A stretch of DNA of 64,000 nt from the NCBI GenBank assembly GCA_010093705.1, contig MU006090.1, positions 620,001-684,000 on the forward strand, given 5' to 3'. Each line of letters begins with the position of its first letter. The first letter of the stretch is position 1. This document shows, one piece after another, positions 36,328 to 48,986 of the stretch. This DNA comes from Patellaria atrata CBS 101060. Taxonomy: Eukaryota. Made by a program: the position numbers and the translations under genes. The notes beneath the pieces were generated by a model that ran no database searches, was not told the DNA's origin, and saw only the letters and a program-made list of their open reading frames with translations.

Positions 36328-38855
36328 CTAGTGTTTATGGCTCTTCACCACGTCCTTGAGCTTGCCGAAGAAGCTGCGTCGCTTCTTCTTCTTATCGCCC
36401 GCTTCAGATTCAGTCTCACCAGTCTTGGTGCTCGCTGGTGTGCCACTGGCCGCATCCGTAGTAACCTTCTTCGGTGTGGACGGTCCCGCTGCAACACTCT
36501 TCTGCTCAGTCGGCGGGTTCTCAATAGAGGCAGTCTTGACACCAGTGGTCACGGTTGGTTCAGTAGTCATCGGAGCAGTAGGAGTCTTAGACATCGGACT
36601 GACATCCCTAGAGTCGCGTGTCTCCATGGCAGCAAGCTGACCGGTCTCTGTGGCAACAGACTGCGCCGGTGCATCGGTAGGCTGGTTGAGTCCTTTACGC
36701 TCGGTAGGTGGAACACTGATGGCAGTGGGTGCAGTGTCAAGCGGTGGGACATCCAGCTGCTCGCTAGACGACTTTAGCGGCTTCGAATCAGTGAGTGAGG
36801 TCGGACTCAATCCATCACCTGGCGCGGTTGCTGACTGCGTGGCAGTGACGGTAGGAGCAGGTTCTCCAGAACTATCGACGGGCTTCACCTCTTTCAGTAG
36901 TTCCGATTCCACCTTCTTCTTCTCAGCAACGACTTCCGGGTTCGCAGCTGCTTCAGGGGATTTGTGCGCATTCTCGATAGATTCTGTAACAGGGGCGGGG
37001 ACTTGAGTCGCAGGTGCAGCTTCATCAGAACCAGAAGACTTCTTAACCTCAGCTACCAATTCAGACTCCATCTGCTGCTTTTCGGATACGGCCTCGGGGT
37101 TTGCTGCCGCCTCAGGCGAGACGTGGGCTTGCTGGATCGATTCCGTGACGGTGGCAGGAACACCGCTAGACCCGGAATTCATGGCATCGATGGACTTCTG
37201 AACCTCTGGGGAGATACCAGAGTTGGTGCCCAAACCAGTTGTCTCGGCGATCCTGTCGCTCGCCGCATATGCAGTGTCCGTAACTGTGCTCGCTGCTGCA
37301 CCGATAGTCTCGACAACTTTGTCTTTCGCGGCGTAGGCAGTATCCGTAACCGTGTTTCCTGTCGCGTAGGTGGTCTCAACCGCTTTGTCTTTCGTAAGTG
37401 TAGCGTCTTCTTTGACGTCAGTAGCTCCAACTAACTTGTCTTTACCTGCATATGCGGTATCCGTAATCGTGTTTGCTGCCCCAGTCGCAGCTTCGACAAC
37501 CTTATTTTTTACCACGTTGGCAGCATCAGTAGTCGTCGCACCCTCTCCTGCAGTAGCCACCACCAGTTTGTCTTTCGCGGTAATCGCAGCATTAGCAGCC
37601 ACGGTACCAGCTACTGCAGCACCCTCAGATGCCTTCTGTGCAACCTTGCCTGCCGTCAAATCATCGACTGCGGGAGCTTTGGGTACCTCTGACAGCAGTT
37701 CCTGTTCGACTTGCGCCTTCTCTTGCACAACATCTGGGGATGATGTAGCCTCTGGGCCAAAATCAGCCTCCTTCTGACTCTCAGTTACGATATCTGGAAC
37801 TTCTGCCCTGGGTTCTTTAGGAACCTGGCTAGCCAGTTCTGCAGTGGTGCTCTGAGGAGCTGCGGACTGGATGGTGACACCTGGATCTTGTTCAGTACCG
37901 CTACTTCCACCAATTGGAAGGCTGGACTCTGGAATCATTGTACCACTGACTGGAGGCAAGCCAAACATACCTCCATTCGCTTCACGATCAGCTTCAGGCG
38001 TTATTGGGACATCCAATTTGGGTGGCAATGCATCCGACTTTTCGTAGGAAGCGGGATCGGTCTTGACATTTGAATCAACCGTGTTCGTCGTAAACGTGCT
38101 AGGATCTGGGACTTTCTCCCCAGGTGCTAGATGGATGGGATTTGCTGCGCCAGCTGCAGCTGGTAGCGGCTTGACGCCGAAGGTCTGCTCCTCCTCTTTG
38201 TTTTGCAAAGGTGGCGATTGTAGTTCGTTTGCGGGAGTCTCGGGGAATGCGCCTGGTAGGGAAGTTGGGGAAGATGCGTCTTCCTCCTTTGAGGTTGCTG
38301 CGTCTTTCAGCTGGTCCAGCTCCTTTGGTACCTGTCCGGCCAACTCGGCGGTTGTTGATTCCGGAGTTACATTTGACAAGATGTGAGTCTGAGCAGCTGG
38401 AGTAGTCTTGAGGTCGGAGGCGGTAATATAATTGTTGACATTGTTCGAATTGTCTGGTTCTTTGGGAGCGGAGTCATTGACTACCCAATTGCCGTCGACA
38501 ACAAACTACGAGTAATCTGTCAGCGTCGCGTAACAGTACGAATTATATCACAAACATGTAATTCTCCTTCAAGTTGAGAGAATGCGAACTCTGGCTGAAA
38601 CGAAGGAGGAAGAGACAGTAGATAAGTAACATACCTTGTAGTAAATCTTTTCTGAAGCAGACAAGGGAACTTCCTTCTCAAAGACACCATCGGCCGTCTT
38701 TTCTAGCTTCACAGTTTTACTCCAATCATCAAATGTGCCAGTCACGAAAACCTCATTAGCGGGGTGCTCCCTAAGTAAGGCGAATTAGATGGGTTATGTA
38801 GAAAGCTGCAGGGTTATAAGAGTCCAACTTACCATTTGAAGGTATAGCTCCCCAT
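36328..38855 (-). CDS. AMPK-beta/CBM48 glycogen-binding domain protein, Crp1/Mdg1-like (exons 38855-38833, 38770-38635, 38505-36328)
   Basis: The spliced N-terminus MGSYTFKWEHPANEVFVTGTFDDWSKTVKL...IYYKFVVDGNW...NVNNYI is followed by PESTTAELAGQVP repeats and a basic C-terminus KKKRRSFFGKLK. Confidence 0.9.
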
Positions 38856-39404
38856 AGCGACTCTATTCTATGAGATGAATAAAGGTAAAGGTAAGGTCAA
38901 TGAAGGTAACTGCAATTGCGCGGCTGCGGTACCGGGTTGGAGCCTGAAGAGAGTGACGGCTCCGGTTGAGGGGTTACGTAGATGTAGGGTGCGTTGAGGG
39001 TCTCTGGATAATTAAGTGATGAAACACTATAATTATACAGAGAGAGGATGATGTAGGTATTGGGTATCACAAGTGTCGAGTAATGGGGATTAAGTCTTCC
39101 TGAGGCGGAAGAATTTAGGTTGTTAGATGAAGATGCAGGATGATGCTGGTTGAGTTTAAGGTGTAACTTGTAACTGATGGGTTCCCTATAATAACCGACC
39201 CGAAGCTTCCATGTGAGTGAAATGGCGTGGCCGGTCTTGGCAAGAAATGGCTGAACCCAACCTCCTTACGCTAAGAATACAAAATATCTTGACCATGTTA
39301 AGCGTTGATTATTTCACTCGTTTGTCAAGATAAGAAAACGTCAAAGGTTCTATCAAATGTTTGAGCAAGCAAAACTTTCTTTCTTGCCATCGTCATTGCC
39401 TCCT

Positions 39405-39413
39405 TTACGTCAT
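39405..39413. promoter_or_regulatory. CRE/M26-type ATF site (TTACGTCAT) upstream of the CBM48 gene
   Basis: Exact ATGACGTAA on the minus strand, ~550 bp upstream of the ATG at 38855. It is a single motif, so it could be chance. Confidence 0.35.
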
Positions 39414-39894
39414 CTTCTCGCTCGTCAGTATGCACGAGAACATAAAAGAATCAAGGTGAGGGATACAGCTCAGTATCAACGCGGTCGAATAGACTCGTTC
39501 TTCATACTTCTATAGCTTCTGCACCCAGAACCGTACTATGCAGTAGCCGCTCGAGTAATAAAAAACAAAGATTTCAATTATATATCATGGAGTCTGGATG
39601 CAAGAGAGATATTACGTAGTTAAACACGAATAGATTGAAGTACCATATCTCATTCTCAATCATATAATCATAAAAGGAGTAATTAATAATACTGACATCG
39701 AACTGAACGAAACATGACTCCCTCAGCACTGAATCCCCATATCGACAAGAACACATGTCTCATCCACAAACTTGTACAGGAACGACAGCCGTTAGGCAAA
39801 CCTATATACCGATCCCAATGCCTATCCTAATCCTACAAAGTCCCAGACCGCCGTCCATTGAACGCCCAAAGGTAAAATTCAAATTCGAACCGTG

Positions 39895-42800
39895 TTAAGC
39901 CGCAAGCACCCTCCTAATACCCGCTAAGAACCCACTGGGTTTCTTCTCCTTCGCTTTTTCCTTCTCCCTCTTATCTCTATGCTCCTTGTTTTCCCTAGAA
40001 CTGCGCTCCCTATGCTCCCTATGCTCCCTCTGTTCTTTCTCCTCACGTTCAGGTCTCTCTTCTTTCACTGATCTAGGGCTCTCAGTTACACTCTCCCGTC
40101 TACTAGTCCTCGGACGCTCAGTCACGCTTTCTCGCCTATTGGTTTTCGATCTCTCACTCTCCCGCTCAGTCCGATTGCTACGTGATTTCTCGGGTTCAGG
40201 TCTATGCGTGCGAGGACGATCGCTATTATGTCGACTAGATGTCGGTCTGTCGCTGTCCACACGGCTAGTTTTCGGTCTATCGCTGTCGACACGGCTAGTT
40301 TTCGGTCTATCGCTGTCGACGCGGCTGGACTTCGGCCTGTCACTCTCGACGCGGATAGATTTTGAACGGTCGCTCTCATGGCGGCTAGAGCGTGGCCGAT
40401 CCGAATGTCGTTCAGAATTGTGCCGACTAGAGCGGGGCCGATCCGAGTGATGATGGTGATGGTGGGAATGGTGACGGTCCGAAGAATGGCGATGATGTCG
40501 GTGAGAACGGTCTGATGAATGCTGTGATGAAGCCTTCGGTGATCTTTGACCTTCGGCAGTTACTTCGACTTCTGGAGCCGCTACGGGCTCTAGCTCAGGT
40601 GCTGATTCTGCCACAGGTTCTGCTGCAGCCTCTTCTGCAGGCCGGGCTGGGGGCTCTGGCATTGCTTTTGGCTCTGGCTCTGCTGCAAGTTCTGGTTCTG
40701 GCTCAGCTGCAGGTTCTGGCTCAGGTTCCACTACTGGTGCGGGCTCTACTGGCGGTAGATCTTCTGAATCCAACTCCCGAGAAGCCTCCGCGGGCTCTGC
40801 CGCGACAATCTCTTCCAGAGTAGCGGGAGCAGGCTGATCAGTTGCTCCCGATGCGGGTGCTTCAGATGCAGTATCATTCACGGCAACATCTGCAACACCT
40901 GCAGCTTCTGCTTCTTTCTGGCGTCGTCTCTCCTCTTTTTTAGCTTGGTGTCTAGCTTCTTCCTCTGGTGTCCGTTCTCGACGTGTGTGATGGCTAGAAT
41001 GCCTACTAGAGGTAGGTCTAGAAGACTTTGGAGAAATATCAGGTTTTGGTGTAAAGATACCAAACAATCCTAATGCTTTCGCTGGAGATTGCGGCTTCAA
41101 GGGAGCAGTAGAAGCACGCTTAAGTGTTCGCTGTGGCGAAGGTGTAGAAGGCATTATGGTAGATCGTCTTGTCGGTTTTGGTGGCGTAGCCTCGGTTGCT
41201 TTCTCCTTGGGTTCGGATGGTTCAGGAGGACCTGGACCTTCGAGCGCCGCTTCTGCTTTCGCACGCTCACGTTCTTTTCTCTCCGCTCTTCGTTTTCTTC
41301 GGCCCTCATCTTCCTCTTGTTGCTTCACAAGAGCGGCCTCTTCTGCTTGTTTTGCAAGTCGCCTAGCTTCACGCTTCTCCGCTCGAGCTGCTTCTTCAGC
41401 TTGTTCGGCGGCAAGACGCTTAGCTTCACGCCTCGCTTCATGACGGCGACGTCGTTCTTCTTCAGCTTGTTTGGCAGCATCTTCCTCTGCTTTTAATTTT
41501 GCAGCTTCGGCTTCCTCTTCTGCTTTTATCCTTTCAGCTTCAGCACGCCGTTTTGCCCTACGTTCTTCACGTCTACGCTCGCGCTCCTCCTCGTCCCGCA
41601 ACCGCTGTTCTTCCTCCTCTCGGAAACGTTTTTGCTCCTCTTCTTGCGCCCTACCCACCTCTTCAGCTTTCTTCGCTGCACGCCTCTTCTTCCTTTCGCG
41701 TTCCTCCTCTGGTGTCAACTTTCGAGAAGAGGAATGGCGTGATTTGTGTTTTGATTCCTTGCCAATATCCTTATCCTTGCTCTCACCACTCCCCAGACTT
41801 CCCTCAAGGAAAGCTGGGGTCCCAGATATGTAACTTGCATCGCTTTCACGCCTCTTTGAGGAGCGTTTCGCAAAGGACGACTTTCGCGGAGCAAGTGAAG
41901 TGGGTAGAGAGTCAGTAGTAGCAGGGTTTGCCTCCGGTTCGGTCTTGACGGTCTTTGCATCCTCATTGGCTACTGCGGCCTGTTCGGCCTCTGGAGCAGG
42001 GTTCTCTTCAGCAGCAGTCTCTGTAGGCTCCTCTACTGACTTCGCAGACTCTTCTACTGCCGGAGTTTCAGCTGATGGTTGCTCTGCAGACTGGACAACA
42101 GGCTCTACCTCATCAGCAGGTGCGGCGTCGACGTTAGCCCCAGCTTCAGCTGCTGGTTCGGTATTTGGTGCTTCCGTCTCAGCAGCTGGTTCTGCTTCGG
42201 CAGCTGGTCCATCTACTGCTAATTTATCTACTACTAGTTCTTTAACCGCTGGCTTTGGGTCTGTTGCTAGTTCTCGGTCTGCTGCTGGTTCTGGATCTGC
42301 TGCTGGTTCTGGATCTGCTGCTGGTTCTGGATCTGCTGCTGGTTCTGGGTCTGCTGCTGGTTCTGGATCTNNNNNNNNNNNNNNNNNNNNNNNNNNNNNN
42401 NNNNNNNNNNNNNNNNNNNNNNNNNNNNNNNNNNNNNNNNNNNNNNNNNNNNNNNNNNNNNNNNNNNNNNNNNNNNNNNNNNNNNNNNNNNNNNNNNNNN
42501 NNNNNNNNNNNNNNNNNNNNNNNNNNNNNNNNNNNNNNNNNNNNNNNNNNNNNNNNNNNNNNNNNNNNNNNNNNNNNNNNNNNNNNNNNNNNNNNNNNNN
42601 NNNNNNNNNNNNNNNNNNNNNNNNNNNNNNNNNNNNNNNNNNNNNTCTGCTGCTGGTTCTGGATCTGCTGCTGGTTCTGGGTCTGCTCCTAGTTCTGCTT
42701 CGAGTGCTGGTTCTGCTTCGGCTTCGACTTCTAATTCTGCTTCGGCTGCGGGCTCTGATTCGGCTACTGGTTCAGCTTCGGCTGCTGATTGGTCTACCGC

Positions 42801-45800
42801 TGCATGCTCTGCTGATAGCTCGTCAGTGTCCGGTTCTGCTTCAGCTGGAGGCTCCACTGCTGGTTCCGTCGCTGGTTCCGTCGCTGGTTCCGTTGCTGGT
42901 TCTACCGAGGGCTCCTCGACTACTTTCTCGGCTTCGGGTTCGGCTGCCGATTCCGCTTCCACTACCGGTTCTACTTTAGCTGCTGTCTCAACCTCTACAA
43001 CCGGTTCGACCTCAGCAATCGGCTCTACTTCCGCAGCTGGTTCCTCTGCAGCTGGTTCGGCTTCAACGGCAGGTTCTGCATCAGCTGTTGTTTCCGTTTC
43101 AGCGGCATGTTCGACTTCGACGGCAGGTTCTGCTTCATCTACTGGTTCCGCAGTTGGTGCTTCTCCCTCAGCTTTCACTTCTGGTTCTGCCCCCACTTCC
43201 CCTTCCGGTGGGGATTCCTCCGATGCTAGTTCTGCCTCTGCTGTTGGCTCTGCTTCAGGTATCGCTTCCGCTTCTGCTTCTACTACTACTTCTGCTTCAA
43301 CTACTGGTTCGGTTTCAACGTGTAACCCTGCTCCAACCGGTGGGCCGGCATCAGTGGTTGCTTCGGTCTCAGTAACAGGATCAGTTGCTAGTTCTAAATC
43401 TGCGGGTGGCTCAGTAGTTATATGCGATTCCGATTCAGCTGGAGTCTCGGTCTCAGGTGGCGATTCAGCCTCTGTTGCTGGTTGTGCTTCGGCTGCTGGT
43501 TCTGGTCCTGCGTCAGCAGGTGCCTCCACCAGGGTATCTACCTCTGCAGGTGCTTTTGCTTCTGCTTCAGCCGGTTCTTCTGCATCAACTGTTGTTTCTT
43601 TCTCAACTTTTAGTTGTAAACCCGCAGGCGATTTTGCTTCTGTGTTTGGCTCAGTATCAGCGGGTGCTTCGGTCTCTGGAGCTGCCGTTGTATTAACGGA
43701 TTCCTCGGTAGCAGTAGGCTCCTCGGGAGTGGCTGCTTCTTCAACAGTAGGCTCTTCGGTAGTGGCAGGCTCTTCGATAGTGGCAGGCTCTTCGGTAGCG
43801 GCAGGGTCTTGAGTGGGAACTTCAGTAGCAGTAGGTTCTTCAGCGATAGGTTCTTCTTCAACAGCGGGTTCGACATCTGCAGGTAGTTCGGCATCAGGGG
43901 ATGGTGAATCCTCAGTAGCTGCAACTTCAGGGGGTGCAGCATCATTGACCACTTGGTCTACACTTGGAGCATCCTCTACAGGTGCAGTCGAATCCTCCTT
44001 CGCTTCATCAGTAGGAGCGGAATCATCTGTAGCATTTTCTTCGGTTGTTTGTTGTCGTGACAAAGGATCAATTCCCTTTTCTAAAGCTTCTTCCAAGGAT
44101 TGCACATCAGCAGATGGAGCACCACAAGTTACCTCATCCACGGTAGCGTCTTCTTCCGTAGTAGAATTTTCTTCAGAAAGTTTGGTATTCTCTTGATGCT
44201 CTTCAGAGGAAGTCTCAAGTACCGGCGAGGATTCTAATGGTTCCGGGGCAGCATTCTCTCCACCAGGAGAATCCCCTTTAATCTCCTCTGTCGTAGATGT
44301 ACTTGCTTCCGCGGTTTCAGTATTTGGCTGATCTTCTTTGGGATCTTTAGTAGAATCCTCTGAGGGCTCCATTTCTGTCACTTTGGGTGCTTCCGCTTTT
44401 ACCTCTTCTGATGGTTGGTTATTTGCCACCTCTGGGGTTATTTGCTCTGCGCTTTCTGTAGCCGTTTTTGTTGATTCAACTTCAGCTGCCTCAGCTTCCG
44501 GTTTTACCGTTTCGGGTTTTTGTTCGGATGTGGTTTGTTCTGGTTGGGACTCATTATTGTCGTCCTCTATTGGCTCAGCTTCGACTACACCGGCTACCGT
44601 CTCTGGTTCTTTAGTCTCGGAATCCTTGGTGGCTGGATCTTCGGTATGTTGCTCTGTGACCTCTGACTCCGCTGTCTTTTGCTCGGTTGTCTCCGGTTGT
44701 GAGACGTCTGATTCTTCAGTGTTTGGAACTTCGGCTTCTGGCTCTGTTGTGTCTAAGACTTTGACTTCTGCTTCTGCTTCTTCAACTTTCATCTCATCAT
44801 TCTTACTATCATCAGAAATCTGAGTTGCTCCAGAGTCCACAGGTGTCTCTCTCGAGTCTGGTACTTTGTCAGATGCCTGGTCCGTGCGCTCGGCCACATC
44901 TGGTCCGTCTACGGGACTCGCATCTACTCGTTGTTCTGACACCTCAGTTTCAGTTTCGGGCTCACGTTTCTCCTTTGGAGAATCGCTTGATTCTGTAGGG
45001 TCGACCGGACTTGAATCTTCTGTTGACGGTCCCTCTTCTGCAGCTGGTCCTTCCTCTGCAGACGATGTCCCTTCTCCAGCTGGTGTCCCCTCTGCTGGTG
45101 CCTCTGTAGCGGGTGTCTCCTTTGCAGGTGTCTCCTTTGCAGTTTCTATTTCCTCTATAGCTGGTGTCTCGTCTACAGCTGTTATCTCGTCTACAGCTGC
45201 TGTCTCCTCGGCAGTTGGCGTCTCTCTTGCAGCTGGAGCTTCCTCTACAGCTGGTATATCCTCTGCAGCTGGTATATCCTCTGCAGCTGGTATATCCTCT
45301 GCAGCTGGTATATCCTCTGCAGCTGGTATGTCCTCTGCAGCTGGTATATCCTCTGCAGCTGGTATGTCCTCTGTTGTTGGAGCTTCCTCTGCAGCTGGTG
45401 AGTCCTCTGTAGCGGAAGAAGCTTCTTCTGTAGCTGGAATTTCCTCTGTAGTTCGGGTGTCTTTCGTAACTGGAGCTTTCTCTGCCGGATGAGAAGTTGC
45501 ATCCGGTTCACCGCTATCTTCTGGCTCGATTTCATCCAGCACAATATCTTTGTCCGCAGATTCCTTTACCGCAGTCTCACTGGGGACCTCTGCTTTTGCC
45601 ACCTCACCTGTCTCGGAGCCAGCCTTAGATTCTGTGGCTTCTGCGGTTTCAGGTGCTTGATCCGGTGCGTCAACGGGAGCATCTGCGCCAGTCTCCTCTA
45701 GAGCTTGCGCTGCAGCATCTACTGTAACGTCAGTTATGGTATCTGATGTAGGCTCCGCTTGCGCCTCTGGCTCCGCTGCGGTATTAACTTGTGGTTGAGC

Positions 45801-48800
45801 TTGCGTGTTCGCGGAATTGTCGTCTTCTGCTTGACTCTCCGCTTTTGCTGGAGCGTCTGCTGGAGCGTCAGGTAGATCATCTTCTGAAGCATCTGTTGGC
45901 GCATCTCCGCCAGTTTCTGTAGGTGTGCTTTCAGTATTTTCTACTGGAGAGGTGTTTTCGTCGATTTCCGCCGAAACGTTATCTTCGGTTGCAGTAGGAG
46001 CGCTTTCACTGTCTGCTGTGGCGAGAGTTCCTTCCTTACTTTCTATTACAGCGTCTTCATTCGTCTCTACTGACGTAGCTCCGTTGGCTTCTGCTGTTGA
46101 GTCGTCTCTACTCTCCGCTACAACCTCTTCCGGAGCTTTTGAAACTTCTCCTTCCGTTACTTCCGGTGCACTTGTAAACTCATCTCCCTTTTCCTCAGGA
46201 GAATCTGTACGCTCTTCTTGTGTGAGGTCTGAGGTGGTTTCAACGTCCCCAGTCCCGTCTGCTTGATTTACCTCGGTATCTCCTTCTGATGCATCAGAAG
46301 TTTTAGAGGGTTCTTCCTCGGTGGTCACTGGAGGGATCTTTGACTCAACGGATGTATCCTCTGGAGTTGATGGGCTTTCATCTTTGCTGGGGGTATCTTC
46401 GCTAAATTTCGTTCCCTCGGCGGGTGTGGCCTCTTCAGCGGGTGGAGACTCTTCACCAGGTGTAGACTCATCGACAGGTACAGGCATAGAGTCTGCAGCT
46501 GGTGCGGCTCCTTCACCAGGTGCAGGAGTAGAGTCCTCAACGGGTGCGGTATCCCCAGTGGGTGCGGAATCCTCAGCGGGTGGAGACGTAGCTTCTTCAG
46601 CAGATGTAGCTTCTTCGGTAGGTGTAGTTTCGTCGGCGGGTATAGCTGCTTGGGCAGGAGGAGCTTCTTCGGCAAGTGCAGCTTCTTCAGTAGATCTAGT
46701 CTGTTCAGTGGGTGCGGGCGCAGACTCCTCGACAAGTATACCTTCTTCAGCAGACGGAGTTGTCAACTCTTCGGTAGGATTTGACTCTTCAGCGGGTCTA
46801 GGATCTTCCGCAGGTGGAGATGGTTCCACAGGCAAAGGTTCTTCGGTAGGTGAAGACTCTTCCTCGGATTTAGATTGCTCAGATACTGTAGACTCTTCAG
46901 GCGCGGGAGTTGATTCTTCGCCGGTCGCGCGTTCTGCAGTAGGTGAAGACTCCTCCACAGCTGGTGCTGGTTCTTCAGCAGATGCAGGTTCCTTAACAGC
47001 CGGTTCAGTTTCGGCAGCGGCCGTTGTCTCCTCAGTCGGGGCAGAATCTTCAGCGGGTGCAGGAGCTTCGCCGGTTGTAGGGTCTTCAGTAGGTATTACC
47101 GCTTCAGCGGGGATGGGATCCGAAGCAGGTTGCGACCCTTCCGTATCGTCGGGTTTAGGCTCCTCCGCATCAACGAGTTTGGACTCCTCCGTCTCTGTAG
47201 GTGTAAATTGCTCCGCTTCGACCGGTTTGGGTCCCTCCTCCACAAACTCTGACTTTTCGGCATCTGCAAGCGCTTCTGTAGACGCGGGAGGGTCTTGCGG
47301 TTCATTTTCTGCAGGTTTCTCGTCATTAGTTTGCGACGACTTTTCCACTTCCGAAGGTACAGCAGTTTCTGGCTCTTTGGTTGTGGCTTCTACTAGAACC
47401 TTTTCTTCATTCTCTCCCTTTTCATTACTTGATTTAGAGTCGTCCGTGTTAGCCCCTTTACCTTTATTCCCTTTCTTGTTCTTCGCCGCCTTTGCAATTT
47501 TTCTGAGTTCTTTAGCTGACAGCTTTTCTTTAGGGAGTTGAGGGGATGGATGCGGTGGAGGTTCAGCCGCTTTTAGCTTTCCAGCTGCCGTTTTACTTAA
47601 AAAATTGGTTAATAGACCGTTCTTTCTGCCTTTACCTTTGCCTTTGGTGCTCGGAGCAGGGTCTTTCAAGTCCTCTGGGAAGTGGACGACTTTAGAGTCG
47701 GGAGATGTCGGACTGATCATAGCTGTTTCCGATGACTCGGGAGCTTCGGATTTAGAGTCCCCTTCAGCGGCAGAGGGTTCTGATGCCGGTGCTTTATCTG
47801 ATGCGGCCTCTGCGGTTGGCTTAGCCGTGACCTCGGAGTCACTTGCAGTAGCAGTTGCCTAGAGTTTGTGTTAGGGGATTCGATAATGAAAGTTGTCTTA
47901 GATGTACCTCTTCAGTTTCAGCAACCTGAGCTGGTGCTCCATCACCACCCTATGATACGTGTTAGCCAAGGATAGCATGAGAGTGGGAAGCGAAATATGA
48001 ATCACCTCTTCCGGTTTAAGCGCCACATCACCTATTTCTTCGCTGGCGGTCGGCACACCCTATGTCATCGCATTTAGCAACTTGTTTAGGTATTCTCAAT
48101 ATGAAGGTATTTACCCCTGGTTCATCATTTGTTGTGGTGGGGTCCTTAGACTCTCCGATAACTTCAGGGCCGTCGGATGGAAGTTCAGCATTCGCGCCGC
48201 TATCATCTGCACTTGGCATCTCCTCTGCAGCTTTGTCGCTTTCGGGATCGGATGCTTTTGGGATGTCGACATCGACTACGGATACACCTCCTTGTTCCCC
48301 GTTATTGACTAGTTCGATAGGGTCCATACCATAATCATCATTCTCCTTACCTTCCTCGGATGTACTTTCTAAAGGATTTGTTTCTGGAACAGAGTCACTA
48401 TGTGTGGCATCATCTGCCGGTAAATCTTGAGTTTCTACAGCCACCTCTGGCGGGGATTCCGATGCCTGAGCCTCAGCTTGTCCCTCAGCATTTGAATCAT
48501 TACCCTCATTGGCTGGTTCAGGTGTACTGGTTTCCTCTGACGGATTGAGTTCATTTGAAGGAGGGTCAGGGGGCGGCGGAGGTGCCGGAGGGGTCCCCTC
48601 TATTGATTCCTGACCCGCGGGTGCTGGTTCTGGTTCTGGTTCTGAGGGCTCTGGAGTTGTCTCTTGAACTGGCTCCGAAGAGCCGTCCACTACTGCTTCT
48701 GTACTAGCAGCTATTCCCGCTGCATGACGTATCAATTATACAGCAACTTCCCCCAACCAAGAAAGGACTTACTTGGGACGCCACCTTCCTCGGTATCTTC

Positions 48801-48986
48801 TTCATCGGAAGAGAATGACTGCTCAATACCCGGATCAGCAAACACCACAGGAACTCGTCGATAAATAGGTTTGGAGTCGACCGGGGCTGCGACGGTCTTG
48901 AATGGCGTCAGTGTAGTCGAGTACGAGATAGTCCACGGTGACACCGCAACTTCATATGATCCGTACTTTCGGGTTGTTTGAGCCAT
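39895..48986 (-). CDS. Giant (~2,950 aa) acidic E/A/P/T-rich low-complexity protein with a basic coiled-coil/RS-rich C-terminus (exons 48986-48773, 48719-48115, 48059-48006, 47949-47908, 47858-39895)
   Basis: Four GT-AG introns join all segments in frame. The frame downstream of the N gap reads open into ORF 41718-39895. The frame offset across the gap is explained by an inexact gap size. Confidence 0.8.
42279..42688 (-). repeat. Coding 18-bp minisatellite (DPEPAA) spanning an assembly gap (N 42371-42645)
   Basis: GATCCAGAACCAGCAGCA units flank the gap on both sides. Confidence 0.92.
45241..45372 (-). repeat. Coding 18-bp minisatellite (EDIPAA, about 7 copies)
   Basis: CCTCTGCAGCTGGTATAT repeated in tandem on the + strand. 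Confidence 0.92.

Noticed and set aside
42267..42370. Poly-Q C-terminus (IQNQQQ) of the 1817-aa ORF
   Set aside because: It is a wrong-frame reading of the DPEPAA repeat caused by the gap length.
40236..45372. Tandem repeats as a CRISPR array
   Set aside because: Eukaryotic coding minisatellites with no unique spacers and no cas genes.
41089..47862. Long Ser/Ala-rich plus-strand ORFs resembling mucins or adhesins
   Set aside because: They are antisense shadows of the Glu/Ala/Pro-rich minus-strand gene.
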